A DNA stretch of 63,138 bases, filler included, from Craspedostauros australis (GCA_030167865.1; 14 parts of 14 records of this genome joined end to end with filler, not necessarily neighbours in it), one strand, 5' to 3'; positions 39,001 through 50,830 are shown, counted from the whole stretch's first letter. Notes: generated by a model not told the origin, from the letters alone. Made by a program: numbers and translations.

Positions 39001-42000
39001 TTATGATTGCAAACTGGGCAACGCCGATAGAAAGTCCAACGGCAGTTCCGGACGTGAACTCAATCGGAAGCTTGCCGGACGTTGCATCTCGAACTGCTGT
39101 CGGATGGTCTGGATGGGAGGAGGGACCTGGATGTCCAGCAGCTCGGTTGCTGTTAACTTGGTCGCGGCTTTCTTGTCGTCGTTGGCACCGTTGTCGTTCT
39201 TGTTGTCGTCGCTCAAGTAATCATCCATGCGTCGGCTGGGATGTCCTGAGAAGGAGTGACGACGTTCGACTTGGGACGACGATTGCCTGCGGGATTTACT
39301 GCCGGAACGTTTCTTGCTCTTCGATGAGGAACGGTGTCGCTGCGTGTCTTTGCTGCGTCGCGACGATTTGCCACGTGATGAGGCACGCTTCTTGCGACGG
39401 CGCTTATCGGTGCCGTCCTTCTTTTTGGAGAAGGATCTTGGTTTGCGCACCTCGTCCTCTTCGCTGCTCTTCTTCTTTTTGCTGCGATGCGAGAAGGATT
39501 TTGGTTTGCGAACGGCTTCGTCGTCGTTGCTCTTCTTCTTTCTCGAGGATCGATGCGAGAAGGATCTGGGTTTTCGAACTACTTCGTCGTCGTCGTCGTC
39601 GTGATCGCTGGCGTCGTCCCTCTTGCCGTTCTTCTTCTTGGATGGCGGGACGGAAGATGGTCGCATTCGGATCTTCTTGGCCTTTTTCGGCTTCTTGGAT
39701 GATCCCTTCGATCTGGCCTTGGAGGATGTGGTCTGATCTTCTTCGTTATCGTCATTGTCGCCGTCGCTTGCCTCGGTGTCGCTGTGTTTGTATCCCAAGC
39801 TCAGGTAGGATTGCACGGCTTCGGTGAACTCTTCTTCGTCCAAGTCGATTTTGTACTGTGCGGGGTTGGAGACCTTCTTGGGACTTGTGGATATGCGAGG
39901 TGGAATGACGTCGTCATCGTCAGAGGAGGAGGACTTGGAGGATTCGTCGCTGTTGTCGTACTGCCGCAGGGTACCAAAGTTGGATCGGATCTTCTTCTTC
40001 TTTTTCTCCGCCTTCGTGGGTGTCTTGACCACTCCGACGGGCTCCTTGCTGATCTTCTCCAGGTAGTCGTTCATGGCCTCCGTGAATCGAATCTCGGCCT
40101 CGATCGATTCCACCTCCGGCTGCTCCGGTACGTCCTCGATGATGCCATACTTCTCCAATGAGGCAGTCGCGGCAGCCTGGCCATTGCTTTTGGCATTGTC
40201 GCTGGCACCGCCGTAGCTATCCAACTTCTTCGTTCCGGCTGGGTCCTGCGATTCCTTGATGTTCGCTCGCTTCCACTTTTCCTTCAAGAATTCGGGGCAC
40301 TGGACGACTTCTTTCTTCGTCATCGCCATCATCTTGGCGTCGTGCTGCTCTCGTGCCGTGGCTCGGTCTGCTTCGTATTCCTCCTCCGCTAGCTGAATGA
40401 ACTGGTCGACGATGTACAGCACCTTGGCCGTGCCCTTTCGTTGTTCGGTTCTAGTGATTCGGGATGGTGATGGCTGGATCATTGGTTCACCGTCAGGGTG
40501 CTCTTCGATCTCAATCTCGTCTTCAGTTTCAGATTCAGCTTCGCTGTCACCTTCAGAGTTTTCAGTCTCATCTTCGCGGTCATCTTCAAGATCACTGTCG
40601 TCATCGTCGTCGCTCTCCTTATCGCTCTCGTTGTCATGAGCACTGCCATCAACCACTTCTTCCATGTCATCCAGAAGAATCTCGCTGATGTGCTTGGACT
40701 TCTCGTTCTGCACCAACCCCCGATCATCGACGATCTGTTCCTCGGGGTCTTTCGCCTTCTGCTGCTGGTGTTGCTGCTGGTGCATCCTGCGTCGCATTTC
40801 TTCGAATCGATCTTCGTGAGGCTCCTGCTGCAGCTGCCCTTCCTTCTGTTGAACGGGCGTATTTGGTTCTGACGATTGTTCGGCAATCGCTGTCATCGGC
40901 GGCGGTGGATATGGCATGTTGTGAATAATGGCGTCGCGCAGATCTATATTGGCGGGCAAGTCCCCGCCGAATAAGTCCGCTTGAATTCGTTCATGGAGCT
41001 TGTTGTGCCGGCTGCTCCCGCTCTCTGTCTCTGGGGATAGATACATGCTACCTCGGCTGCGTTCAGAACGAAACAGCGAGCGGAAGGTGGCGCTGTGTTC
41101 CGTGAATTCGTTGTCGGTGGAAAGGGACATGCTGTGACCTTCGGATGTGGAAGGTGACTTCAGCAGGAGCTGTGCCAGATGGTCCGTCATCTCAATTTGC
41201 TCCTGGCTGGACATTTGGTGGTATTGCTCGATCAATGCTCTGTGAGAATCGTGCAGTGCATCGGCCTCATCATGATCATCGTCGTCACTATGGTCGCCAT
41301 CATCGCTGTAGTCGTCCTTCAAGACTTCATGGGCTGGCCGTTGCTCTGGTGGGTCTTCCTTCTTGATGGAGATGTAGGTGTCGTCATAAAATTCATCGTG
41401 GTAGCTGTCCTCATCATGATCGCGGTCATGGTGGAGGTCACGATCAGTGTGTGAACCATCATCAAGCGAGTATTGATCATGGCTCGAGTCTTCATCGCGG
41501 TGGTGATCATGACCATCATGCTCGTACGATTCTATCGAATCATGGTCCTCACGTCCATGCGCATGTGGGCCCTTGTCCAACCCGCCGACGATATCAAAAT
41601 CTTGATCACTTTGCATCGACTCATGAAAGGTATTGAGGTTGTCGTCGGATGCTTCGGAGCCATCTTCATGGGGCGATGTCACACGCACGGCATGTTCGGT
41701 TCCGCCATGGGCATCCCACCATTCGGAGTCATGTTCTGAAGTTATGATTTCGGACGGTGGGAATGGATTGTCGTCTTCATCGTTGTCGCTGGAGCAAGAT
41801 GAGGAGGACGACGACGATGACGATTCTTCGTCGGAATCCAAGGAACATTCTTCATGGTCACTATCCTCGGGATTTCGCAATGGCGATACCACAGGATGAT
41901 GGTGGATTTCCACATTGCGGTTGGCGAAATGATCTCTCTCCGATGTGTTGTCGTCGTTGTTATCATCATGGTTGCCGTGATGGTCATTGTCGTCATTTTT

Positions 42001-42594
42001 CTCGTCACCATTGCCGTCACTGTCATCTATCAACTCCTGTTGTTCTGATCCATCCATCTCGCTGTCGCTGTCATTCGTGAGCTTTTGGGGTGATGCGAAG
42101 ATGTGCTCTTCCTGATCGTCGTATTCAATGTTTCCAGTGCCAGCATCGTGATCAGGATCGTCATGTTGACGCTCCGATATCATCTCGGGTGGATCGACCG
42201 TACTGGAGTCGATTCGATAGTCATCATCTAGATCGTTGTCTTCATCAAAGTCATCGGCCGATGCCACCTCATGCGGACTGCTGTAATCGTCGGCATGGAC
42301 GATATCTTCCATATCATCTTGACCAGCCTGGAACACCGTCACGTTGCGTCCGTGTTCTGAATTGACCCAGGGATCATCGGACTGCTCGGCCCATTTCCCG
42401 AGATCACGCTGCGAGTCGATCTTTTCGAAGACCCGGTCATGATCTGGAATGGTATCATCGGCATGCTCGGTTTCGTCTGCATCGTTATCGTACATTCCAC
42501 CGAAGGCGCTTTCATCGTCTTCCAAATCGCTGACGTCACCTTCTTCGGCGGTGTAAGGGCTGGCAACGTCGCCATCTTCATGGTCGGGTGGCAA
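39001..42594 (-). CDS. Large acidic (D/E/H) N-terminal, basic C-terminal disordered hypothetical protein
   Basis: 1197-codon ORF. The start is uncertain (the track uses a non-ATG start, so a 5' exon is possible). Contains three VRKP.SFS repeats. Confidence 0.72.
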   Translation of the reverse strand: MPPDHEDGDVASPYTAEEGDVSDLEDDESAFGGMYDNDADETEHADDTIPDHDRVFEKIDSQRDLGKWAEQSDDPWVNSEHGRNVTVFQAGQDDMEDIVHADDYSSPHEVASADDFDEDNDLDDDYRIDSSTVDPPEMISERQHDDPDHDAGTGNIEYDDQEEHIFASPQKLTNDSDSEMDGSEQQELIDDSDGNGDEKNDDNDHHGNHDDNNDDNTSERDHFANRNVEIHHHPVVSPLRNPEDSDHEECSLDSDEESSSSSSSSSCSSDNDEDDNPFPPSEIITSEHDSEWWDAHGGTEHAVRVTSPHEDGSEASDDNLNTFHESMQSDQDFDIVGGLDKGPHAHGREDHDSIESYEHDGHDHHRDEDSSHDQYSLDDGSHTDRDLHHDRDHDEDSYHDEFYDDTYISIKKEDPPEQRPAHEVLKDDYSDDGDHSDDDDHDEADALHDSHRALIEQYHQMSSQEQIEMTDHLAQLLLKSPSTSEGHSMSLSTDNEFTEHSATFRSLFRSERSRGSMYLSPETESGSSRHNKLHERIQADLFGGDLPANIDLRDAIIHNMPYPPPPMTAIAEQSSEPNTPVQQKEGQLQQEPHEDRFEEMRRRMHQQQHQQQKAKDPEEQIVDDRGLVQNEKSKHISEILLDDMEEVVDGSAHDNESDKESDDDDDSDLEDDREDETENSEGDSEAESETEDEIEIEEHPDGEPMIQPSPSRITRTEQRKGTAKVLYIVDQFIQLAEEEYEADRATAREQHDAKMMAMTKKEVVQCPEFLKEKWKRANIKESQDPAGTKKLDSYGGASDNAKSNGQAAATASLEKYGIIEDVPEQPEVESIEAEIRFTEAMNDYLEKISKEPVGVVKTPTKAEKKKKKIRSNFGTLRQYDNSDESSKSSSSDDDDVIPPRISTSPKKVSNPAQYKIDLDEEEFTEAVQSYLSLGYKHSDTEASDGDNDDNEEDQTTSSKARSKGSSKKPKKAKKIRMRPSSVPPSKKKNGKRDDASDHDDDDDEVVRKPRSFSHRSSRKKKSNDDEAVRKPKSFSHRSKKKKSSEEDEVRKPRSFSKKKDGTDKRRRKKRASSRGKSSRRSKDTQRHRSSSKSKKRSGSKSRRQSSSQVERRHSFSGHPSRRMDDYLSDDNKNDNGANDDKKAATKLTATELLDIQVPPPIQTIRQQFEMQRPASFRLSSRPELPLDFLSALPSLQS

Positions 42595-42891
42595 GGATGA
42601 AGTTGAGATTCAATGAGGGACAGACTAGTACCGAACACGGTATCAACCCGATGGGAGAAATTCCTGTTTTGGCGCGAAATCTTCCGACTTGATTGACCAC
42701 CAAACCTTTTTCTCCTCCTTTCTCTCCTCCATTCACGAATCCATCATGACTCAAACCTGACCGACCTGACTCACACCCCACCTGGGAACTANNNNNNNNN
42801 NNNNNNNNNNNNNNNNNNNNNNNNNNNNNNNNNNNTTAATTAATTAANNNNNNNNNNNNNNNNNNNNNNNNNNNNNNNNNNNNNNNNNNNN

Positions 42892-43926
42892 TGATCATCA
42901 TTATCATCCCTGGCATTTTCACAATCCGCGCACCACATTGGCTCCGCATACCCCCCATCTATCCACTCCATGAAGGACAGGCAAATCTGGGCGCATTGGA
43001 TATCCCAAAGGCTCCCTGCACTGAAACGCAGAAATTTCGAACACCCGATTCCGACACGGATGCCNNNNNNNNNNNNNNNNNNNNNNNNNNNNNNNNNNNN
43101 NNNNNNNNNNNNNNNNNNNNNNTCATGCGTTCCCACATTCTCTGGCGACACACTGATGTGTTCAGAATGGGTTGGGAGTTCGTACCTCCAAAGGTACATC
43201 TCCATGTGATGATGCCACCATGGAGTTTTTGCGACACCCCAAAAACACCATTTTGTGTGCATCCCAGGCTGCAGCCTCTTCCAGACCTTTGATTTGTCCG
43301 ACGCTTCAGGAACCGATACCTGAGTTAATTCTGAACACATCTTGAATGGGTGGCTTGGCGATCTGGGTGACTTGCCGATGGCACCCATCACCGGCGAAGT
43401 CACGTGATGTGCCCGCCGCCACCCACCAAAAAACTCTTGCCCTCCACTTGTTTCTTGCGGAGGGCACCTTCCAGGCCACCCCCGACCCTCAAACTTCGTG
43501 TGCATCTTCATCGCATCCTCTTGGATGCGTCTTGCCCATCAATAGTCGTTGGAATGGCCTGTGCATTCCAGGCAGAGACCATATCCAACGAGCTGATGTT
43601 CCTCCGAATCGTGTCGTGTGCGCGTGGGCCTGCCACGACGCCAAATCAACCACGATGGCATCCACCTCTCGCTCATCTACCAAGCTTTACATGGCGGTTC
43701 CGCCTATGCGCTCAGATCTTGCACTGGACCGCTGGTTGTCGCAGTGACGATGATGCCATTCGACAGCGCTTGAGGAGTTTTGTTGTGTTTCTCCATTGTC
43801 GTGTTGTTGTGTTGTGTTTGGTGTTCTCAAACAGTTTTTGCTGTTGGGGGCCATGGAGAAAACCCAGAAATCTACCGAATGTGCCAACCAATGAGAACAC
43901 TTTTCGAGTCCCGAATTGCGCCTCCA
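42892..43926. repeat. Dispersed ~1-kb repeat, copy 1 (probable non-autonomous transposon or TE untranslated region)
   Basis: Collinear, same orientation and highly similar to 61994-63027. Confidence 0.85.
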
Positions 43927-46618
43927 TTCCACAACAACAAAACTATCCTCACAAAGTGGACAACGGAAACATTGCGCATCTGGGACGACCTGCTGTTGAT
44001 TCTCTGCTGCTTGTAGCCATTGGTTGTACAACAATGTACAATGATTGTGACTCTCCACATGAGAGAGAGTGGATGATACAATGCACCCTGTGCCCGTCCT
44101 CCAATGTTGCCCATGCCCCTTGTGACGCGCTGCGCCGTGCTGTTCGTCGATGGCTGGTGATGCGATGCGCTGTGTCGCTGTCCTCGTGATTCTGATGTGT
44201 GTCGCGACGCCCCTTTGAAGTACACTGCAGCCTCCATTAACACAGCACACATCATCCTACAAGCACTGTACTCTTCACCTTGCAAACATGCTGCGCGCTG
44301 GTGATTGTGTGAAGGTGGCACCTCACACGGACTCAAATGACAGGATCCGTGACCTGGGCGTATGTCATGTTGAGTTTGCAATGAAGCAGACCACGGATGG
44401 TGCTACAGTCAAACGCGATGGGCCCCTTGCACCAGGAGAGGTGGCAATGGTCATGGTGACCCCAGTGATGGGGCAGAGCCGAATGTACGTTGTTCGTGAG
44501 GATCTGTGCGCGCCACACAGCCTCGCTACCTTCGCGCGGACTCGCACTGCTGGTGACCTTGCTAAGCCTTCCCTCCTTTCTCCCCAGCATCACTCCGTCG
44601 CTGTTACGCGTGTCAACAACAAGGCTAAGCCCCCCACACCNNNNNNNNNNNNNNNNNNNNNNNNNNNNNNNNNNNNNNNNNNNNTTAATTAATTAANNNN
44701 NNNNNNNNNNNNNNNNNNNNNNNNNNNNNNNNNNNNNNNNTATGAAACTGACATCTTCCATGCAGGATGTGCCGGTCTTGGATCAAAAGCAAGACTATCC
44801 TGCAAAATTGGAACAAGACTAAGATATGGAACACTCGCACCTTCACTCCAACAATTGGAGAATCAGCTCTCAAACCTGCCAAGAGCGATGAAGCATCGTG
44901 GTTTCATCACCTGGGGATTGTGGAGCAATTTTTCAAATGTACAAGACCATGAACAGCGACAACCAACAGCAGAGCAGTGTGATAACCAGCCCATCTCGTT
45001 TTCCTCTCCAACCTTCAACCAAAACAATCTCATAAAAACAACAATCTTACAAAACTCAAGCTTTACAACCACCAAATCAACTCAAAACACATTCTCAATC
45101 GTCTCATCTACGTTCGTGGTCACACTACGTTTAACCGCGCTGACGTTGGCAGTTTCATTTCCCCTTTTGACCTGCCAAAGTCCGACACTGGAAGGCAAAG
45201 CCGGACACAACCGGACTTCATTTGCCCTCTATTCTCGCTAGATCCGTGTTGTAGTGGTGCTGTTTGTTCAGGTGTTGATGAGAGGACTCGAGTTCCTGTA
45301 TTGGTGTCAGAGGGAAGACCGGTGTCAACAAGAACTGGTGGAGTCAAGGCAGGAGCAGGTCTTGGATTCATGACGTACTGTGCCCATTGTTCAGGAGTTT
45401 CCAGGTGGCCACGTGGGTGTGATTTGCGAATGTGAGCATTGCGAACAGCACACTTCCGCAAATTTTCCTGGAAGTTGGTCGTCGCGTCGACTGCGAAATT
45501 CTGTACGTGCTCGTCAAAGGCCTCAGCATTTATGCTTTCGACGTGGAAGTGTTCGGTTCACCGTCGGGTGTCACGAGTATGTTTGTTGCAACGCAGAAGT
45601 CATGGAAGGCCAACATACGGTGGAAGTCGTTTTCCAGGTCCCATGGGTTGACGGGGTGTTGCAGGTTGTGAAGGGTTTGTTCAAGCGGACGAGATCCGTA
45701 GAGGCACAGGCGACGGACGACTTTGAGTTTGTCGAGTCCGTTCTCAGCTGCTCGCCGGTTGAAAAGGCGGACAGTGAGCGTAAAGGCTTCGGAGAACCCA
45801 AGGGCATCCCTGAGGTACGCGAGGACGGCGGTGGTCGATGGGGGAGGGTCCGGTGGCATCCGGAAGGATGTGATGGACAATCCAGCCAGCGACAGCTCGG
45901 ACGCGTCAGTCATGATCCTCAGGTTCCTTACGTTCAGGGTCACTCAATCCCCCCCGTGCACCGAAGCTGTAACGCCACCAACCACAACCACCAAGCCAGT
46001 CGTCAAAAGCTCGCCGACAGCAGGCCTCGCTCCCTTGTCTCGGTCTCTCTGTCTGTAACGGGAAAACGGCCAACTCACGCGGATCTGACGGAGGCAAGCG
46101 CAGCGCGCGAAGGGGTCGAAACGGCCACGACGGAGCGGTAAAGGTCGAATAAACTATTGAAGCGTGGATGTCTTTGGTATGAAGTGATGTGTACTAAGTT
46201 ATCGATTTGGGATTGTGAGCTTGATGTGTTGATTCGATTGCTTTTGTTGCTCCTTTTTGTTTTCGTTCTGCTGTCTGTTGCAGTCTGTTGCTGTGTTCCC
46301 GACTACTTGGACTCGGGTGGTGTCTTCGCTCCAATAATGAGCCTATTATCTTCTCCTGTCTTGAGTTTGAGTTTGAGTTTAGCCTCATTCACGCTGATTC
46401 GTGACTGACGGCAGTGTCAAGAGAGCCGAATTCTTGCTTCTTTTGTCGTGGTTGGGTGTGTCTACGACATGGCGCAGCGACGACCGTCTTCGCGTTTTGT
46501 CGTTCCTTCGTTCGTTCGAGAGATGGCGAAAGCACCTCCTGCATCCACGTGCAATAGTCGTATCTGAAAGGACGCTCGGCACGGCGCTTGCCATGCAGGG
46601 CGCAACAACGGACGCAAC

Positions 46619-48844
46619 ATGAAAGGCGGCAGCGACGAAGATCAACGCGGCGGCGGCGACCAAGATGAGCAAGATGGCACGGGCGATGGCTCTCAAAGCG
46701 GCACCGCAATGGTGAGCTCTGCTGCGTCCGGTGCTGGAAGTTTGTCGCGACAACCAGTGGACTCCGAAAGCCAAACCGCGGCACAAGTCCAAGTCGACCA
46801 ATCGAGAAGATCGAAGAATGGGCACCTGTTCTTGCGCAAGCCATCATCGTCGTCGTCGTTGGGGACGTCGGGTGTTGGCAGCAGCAAGACTCGTTCTCTG
46901 TTCCAGTTCGGGAGCTTCGGAAACAACAGCAGGAATGCGCTCAAGCAGGGAGCTTCATTATTCGAAAGAGCGATGGAAACTGTCAAGAGTCCGCAATCCA
47001 CCTCATCCAACAAGACTTCCGCCAAGCCTCCAGCGGGATCCATGCCGATGAGCCCATCTGGCAAGACGGTTCGAAGCCTGGTCAATCGGCTCGTGTCTGG
47101 AAGTCCATTCCGATTCCAGTCACCCAAACGAAAAGCGCAAACCAAGATCGACGGTGATGCCACCGTTGAATCCGCCAAGCGCCGCCAGTCAGGTCATGTT
47201 GTCGGTCAGGATGGTCCCCATCAGAGCCGACATATGCGGAAACGTCGGAGGTTGGATTTTTACGACAAGCCGAGTGCTGCTTCAGTTGGCACGACAGGCC
47301 ACGCGTTCACGAGCACTGCGAACGCCAGGAACAGGCCCAGCACGAGGACCAGGATCGTTGACTGCGAGAAGGGCACCATCATGGATTGGTGCTTGAGAGA
47401 GAAATTCAAGCTGGTGTTTCAATGCACAGCACCGCACTGGACAGTGCCTCCGTTGTTGGAAAAGCATTTGCAATCCTGGCAGTTCCCATCTTCGACTACT
47501 CCTCAACCTCGACCAACAAGGGCGCCAGAGGAAGCACGGACGTCAACATCGTCCACCGGCAAGTCAGCATCATCTTCGTCCACATCGAAGCGCAATAAAC
47601 TGCGCACAGCCAAAACAGATGGCAAGCTGCCTTCCGCAGATGGCCATCGCGGAGACGCGAGGAAGAGCGCAGGAATGCATCACAATCAAAAAGCAAAACG
47701 GAAAATGGATCAGTCGCACCTATCAACCTTCCGATGGCAACAAGCATTTCGCTCCGTGTACATCAACTGGGTGAGATCCTTGCATCACTATCAATCCGGC
47801 GCCAACCAGGCTTCTCACGAAAGGGGGGCACTTTGGCCCGTTCCTCCCGAGGATTGCTATCTATACTGCGTGGCAATCGACCACACGGTCCTGTTTCGTT
47901 ACTCCGGCTCGTCCTCGTGCTCGTACAACACGACACGGCGGCCACACGCAGTGAGTGAAGGAAGAGTGGCCACCCCCAACATCGTGATGGTCGGTGCGAC
48001 AACCGGATTCGTGGACACCTTGAAACGCCTGGGAGCGGTCGTCCACCAAGACGACTTGCATGACATTGAAATGGACAGAGACGAAGAAGATTGTGTGGAT
48101 GACGCAATCGACGACGATGCGAGCAATAGCGTTGGCAACAGCGCAATCCCAAGGGGCTTGGCAAGTCCCAACACAAAGGCAGAGCTGGAAGGGTTACGCC
48201 GGGCTCAAGTCCTTGGCCTCACCGCTGGTGCTGATGTCTCGTTCCGATCAGACCATCGCCATCAAGCATCGTCGAAGCACCGGGGCTCGGCGGCCAATGC
48301 AGCAGCGCTGGGAATGATCACAGTCGATGAAAACGAGGACAGCATCGCTATCTTCGCTGAGACGTACATGAATACATACGGCTCCTCAGGACAGCTTCCA
48401 ATCATCGTCAGCACGACGCCGTTCCTGCACGCCACAAGCGAACAGATGGAGATGGTGGCTTGCTCAAATCTACATCGCGAAGACCCCACCACCAAATTGT
48501 TGGAATACGGAGCTGGGTATTTGTTGCCACGCGCATTGCAAGGCATGACGGAGGAATTGATGGACCACATCCGACATCAGCAATCGCAAGATGTACACGA
48601 TAACAACGGTGATCAAAATGACAACGGCAGAAACATGATTGCGAAGAACTTGCGTCACCCCATGGATGAAGATGGCAGGTTGTCGCCAAAATTTTCATTC
48701 AAGCTTGGCAAGCCGATGCTTGAGACGCCCGGCTTCAACAACGGAGAAGCCACTTGCCCCAAAGGGAAGGTAGTGGACATCATCAAGTGGCAACACTCCG
48801 ACAGAGGGAACGTGTGCTTGAAGTTTGGCGAAGGCTACGAATAA
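46619..48844 (+). CDS. DONSON: DONSON (downstream neighbour of SON)-like replication factor
   Basis: Motif order matches DONSON as recalled: DW.L..K (DWCLREK), W.FP, W..AF.S.Y (WQQAFRSVY), Y..HTVLF, TT.GF...L...G, LP.IVS..PF.HAT, GYLLP, after a disordered N-terminus. Confidence 0.72.
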   Translation: MKGGSDEDQRGGGDQDEQDGTGDGSQSGTAMVSSAASGAGSLSRQPVDSESQTAAQVQVDQSRRSKNGHLFLRKPSSSSSLGTSGVGSSKTRSLFQFGSFGNNSRNALKQGASLFERAMETVKSPQSTSSNKTSAKPPAGSMPMSPSGKTVRSLVNRLVSGSPFRFQSPKRKAQTKIDGDATVESAKRRQSGHVVGQDGPHQSRHMRKRRRLDFYDKPSAASVGTTGHAFTSTANARNRPSTRTRIVDCEKGTIMDWCLREKFKLVFQCTAPHWTVPPLLEKHLQSWQFPSSTTPQPRPTRAPEEARTSTSSTGKSASSSSTSKRNKLRTAKTDGKLPSADGHRGDARKSAGMHHNQKAKRKMDQSHLSTFRWQQAFRSVYINWVRSLHHYQSGANQASHERGALWPVPPEDCYLYCVAIDHTVLFRYSGSSSCSYNTTRRPHAVSEGRVATPNIVMVGATTGFVDTLKRLGAVVHQDDLHDIEMDRDEEDCVDDAIDDDASNSVGNSAIPRGLASPNTKAELEGLRRAQVLGLTAGADVSFRSDHRHQASSKHRGSAANAAALGMITVDENEDSIAIFAETYMNTYGSSGQLPIIVSTTPFLHATSEQMEMVACSNLHREDPTTKLLEYGAGYLLPRALQGMTEELMDHIRHQQSQDVHDNNGDQNDNGRNMIAKNLRHPMDEDGRLSPKFSFKLGKPMLETPGFNNGEATCPKGKVVDIIKWQHSDRGNVCLKFGEGYE

Positions 48845-49036
48845 AGAAGGAACGAAGGAGAGCGAGGGAGAAGTATTGGAAATGATGAAAAAACTGTGTC
48901 TATGGCTATCGTATTTCTGTCGAGGTGTGATATTATCATTGTATGCTACCTCTCATATGTGTAATAGTATGGTGTAGTGTACTCGTCGTGGAGACGTCAC
49001 AGGCACCCATGCCGTGTGCTTCGCGACCATATACAC

Positions 49037-50830
49037 TTATAACCCCCTGTAAAATTGATTCGAAGCTGGATCGAGCCCCGACTGGTGACGCTGTTGGCGT
49101 GCCGCCTGGATTGCTGCCATGTACTCAATTTCCTCTGGTGAGGGCATGGCAGGTTGCCCGGCTGCATTCCCGGCTGAGGTGGCAGACGACGGGATGTAGG
49201 CTGCTGGTACGAATCGGGTGCCACCCAAAGCCAGAGACTGGCGCAGTTGCTCTTGCTGCCGCTCTCGCTCTTGTTGTTGCTGCTGGAATTGTTGATGGCG
49301 ACGTTGCAACAATACTTCTTCTTCCTGCTGCTGCTGTTGTTGCTGCTGTTGTCGCTGCTGTTGTTGGAGCTGCATTATGGCGGAAGCGGAGGCGGCCGCG
49401 TTTGGGAACATGGGAGGCATCATCTCCACGACACCTGGTGGATAGCAGTGGGCGATGTGTTCTTGCTGGTACCGTCGTTCTTGTGCAGCACGGATGTACT
49501 CCATGGCAGTCATCGGCGCGGCCACAAGTTCGTGTGCCTGCGAATGCGCGTGTGCGTTGATGACGTGACGTCTGCGTTGGAGCAAGGCGGAGATCCGCGC
49601 TTCTTCCTCTCTCATGGCAGCAGCTGCTGCGAATGCTGCAGAAGGCTCATGGATCTGATAGAGTGACGCTGGGACCGACGGGATGGCCTGCTCCTGCCGC
49701 ATGGCCGCCAGAATCCTCGCCTGTCTTTGAGCTGCCAGCTCTACTGGATCAACATGCCCGGTGCGAGTTTGCTGCTGTTGCTGCTGAGTTGGTGGAGCTC
49801 GTTGTTGTTGTTGTTGTTGTTGCTGCTGCTGCTGTTGCTGCTGCTCGATAGCGGCACTGAGCTTGAGAGACTTGATCTTCTGCGCCTCCTTCCAGGCATC
49901 AAGCTCGACCTCGTACCGTTTCTTCTCCTTCAAAGCATCCTTTTCATAGTCCTTCTTGTCGTCTGGGGTCAGTGTCTTCCATTTGCTCCCGATCACCCTG
50001 GCCATCTCTGCGAAGCCGACCTTACCGTGCGACTTTCTATGGATACGTTTCTTCAAAGGATCCGCCAGCTTGTCGTTGTTTGCCCGCGCCAAATCGCCCA
50101 GCATCTTGGCCCTCTCGTCTTGGAAGAAGAGGTTGTATGCGGACAATGGTCGTTTCGGCTTGTCCTTTGGCTTTTTCCAGCTCTTGCGCTTTCGCTTCTT
50201 CTTGTTCGTGCTTTCACCTTCGGCGTTGCTGGTGGCAGCGGTGTTGGAGGCGGCAACTTCCGGCGGAGTTGCTTGGGTGGTTATGTTGTCGCTATCGCCA
50301 CCATTGCCATCATTGCTGGCGTCGTCAGCCGCGACATGCTTGGCTGGCTCTGTTTTTACCTTCTTCTTCGGTGGTCCCTCCTTCCTTTTCGCGGAGGTCG
50401 GTTCCTTGATCTTCGTATCAGTTTTCGACGTCGGCGATTTGCCCGTCTTAACGACTGATGGCTTCTGCGACGACAGGGCATCTTTGCGACCCTTCAGGGG
50501 TTCTGATGATTGTGTGATTCGTGGTGACGACGTTGACTTGGGTGCGAGCTTCTGATTCGTAGCATCATCAGGATTATTGCGCGGACATGTCGACACATCC
50601 ATGGATCTGTTCAATGCCCCTCTGCTGTCCGATGTCCCCATCGTGTTCTTGTTCTTGACGTGGATGTTGGTGCTGTCGTTGCTACTGCTACTGCTACGGG
50701 TGCGGCTGGAGCTGTGGTTGCTAGCCTTGACAACCGTGCCGGTATCGTCCATGTGATGAACAGGGCTATTCCTCGTGGAGAATGACCTGTCTGTGCTGCC
50801 CTCGTTCTTGAGTGGTGGGTTGACGTTCAT
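49037..50830 (-). CDS. HMG-box DNA-binding protein with a poly-Q C-terminal region
   Basis: KPKDKPKRPLSAYNLFFQDER...HGKVGFAEMARVIGSKWKTL..DDKKDYE..A.KEKKRY, including the diatom-style 'HRKSHGK' insert. First likely ATG is at 50830. Confidence 0.92.
   Translation of the reverse strand: MNVNPPLKNEGSTDRSFSTRNSPVHHMDDTGTVVKASNHSSSRTRSSSSSNDSTNIHVKNKNTMGTSDSRGALNRSMDVSTCPRNNPDDATNQKLAPKSTSSPRITQSSEPLKGRKDALSSQKPSVVKTGKSPTSKTDTKIKEPTSAKRKEGPPKKKVKTEPAKHVAADDASNDGNGGDSDNITTQATPPEVAASNTAATSNAEGESTNKKKRKRKSWKKPKDKPKRPLSAYNLFFQDERAKMLGDLARANNDKLADPLKKRIHRKSHGKVGFAEMARVIGSKWKTLTPDDKKDYEKDALKEKKRYEVELDAWKEAQKIKSLKLSAAIEQQQQQQQQQQQQQQRAPPTQQQQQQTRTGHVDPVELAAQRQARILAAMRQEQAIPSVPASLYQIHEPSAAFAAAAAMREEEARISALLQRRRHVINAHAHSQAHELVAAPMTAMEYIRAAQERRYQQEHIAHCYPPGVVEMMPPMFPNAAASASAIMQLQQQQRQQQQQQQQQEEEVLLQRRHQQFQQQQQERERQQEQLRQSLALGGTRFVPAAYIPSSATSAGNAAGQPAMPSPEEIEYMAAIQAARQQRHQSGLDPASNQFYRGL

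Noticed and set aside
44020..44640. Cys/His pattern (CTLC...AH..C) resembling a PHD finger, plus a downstream partial ORF
   Set aside because: Incomplete ligand set and no convincing splice model before the contig ends.
45120..46141. Short ORFs on both strands that might be a gag-like remnant
   Set aside because: No recognisable motif and the frames are interrupted, so no call can be supported.
1521..50555. Many long antisense or overlapping ORFs (e.g. 1521-2315, 13942-14904, 33028-33972, 37639-38619, 49727-50458)
   Set aside because: Shadows of GC3-rich or low-complexity genes on the opposite strand, with no motifs.
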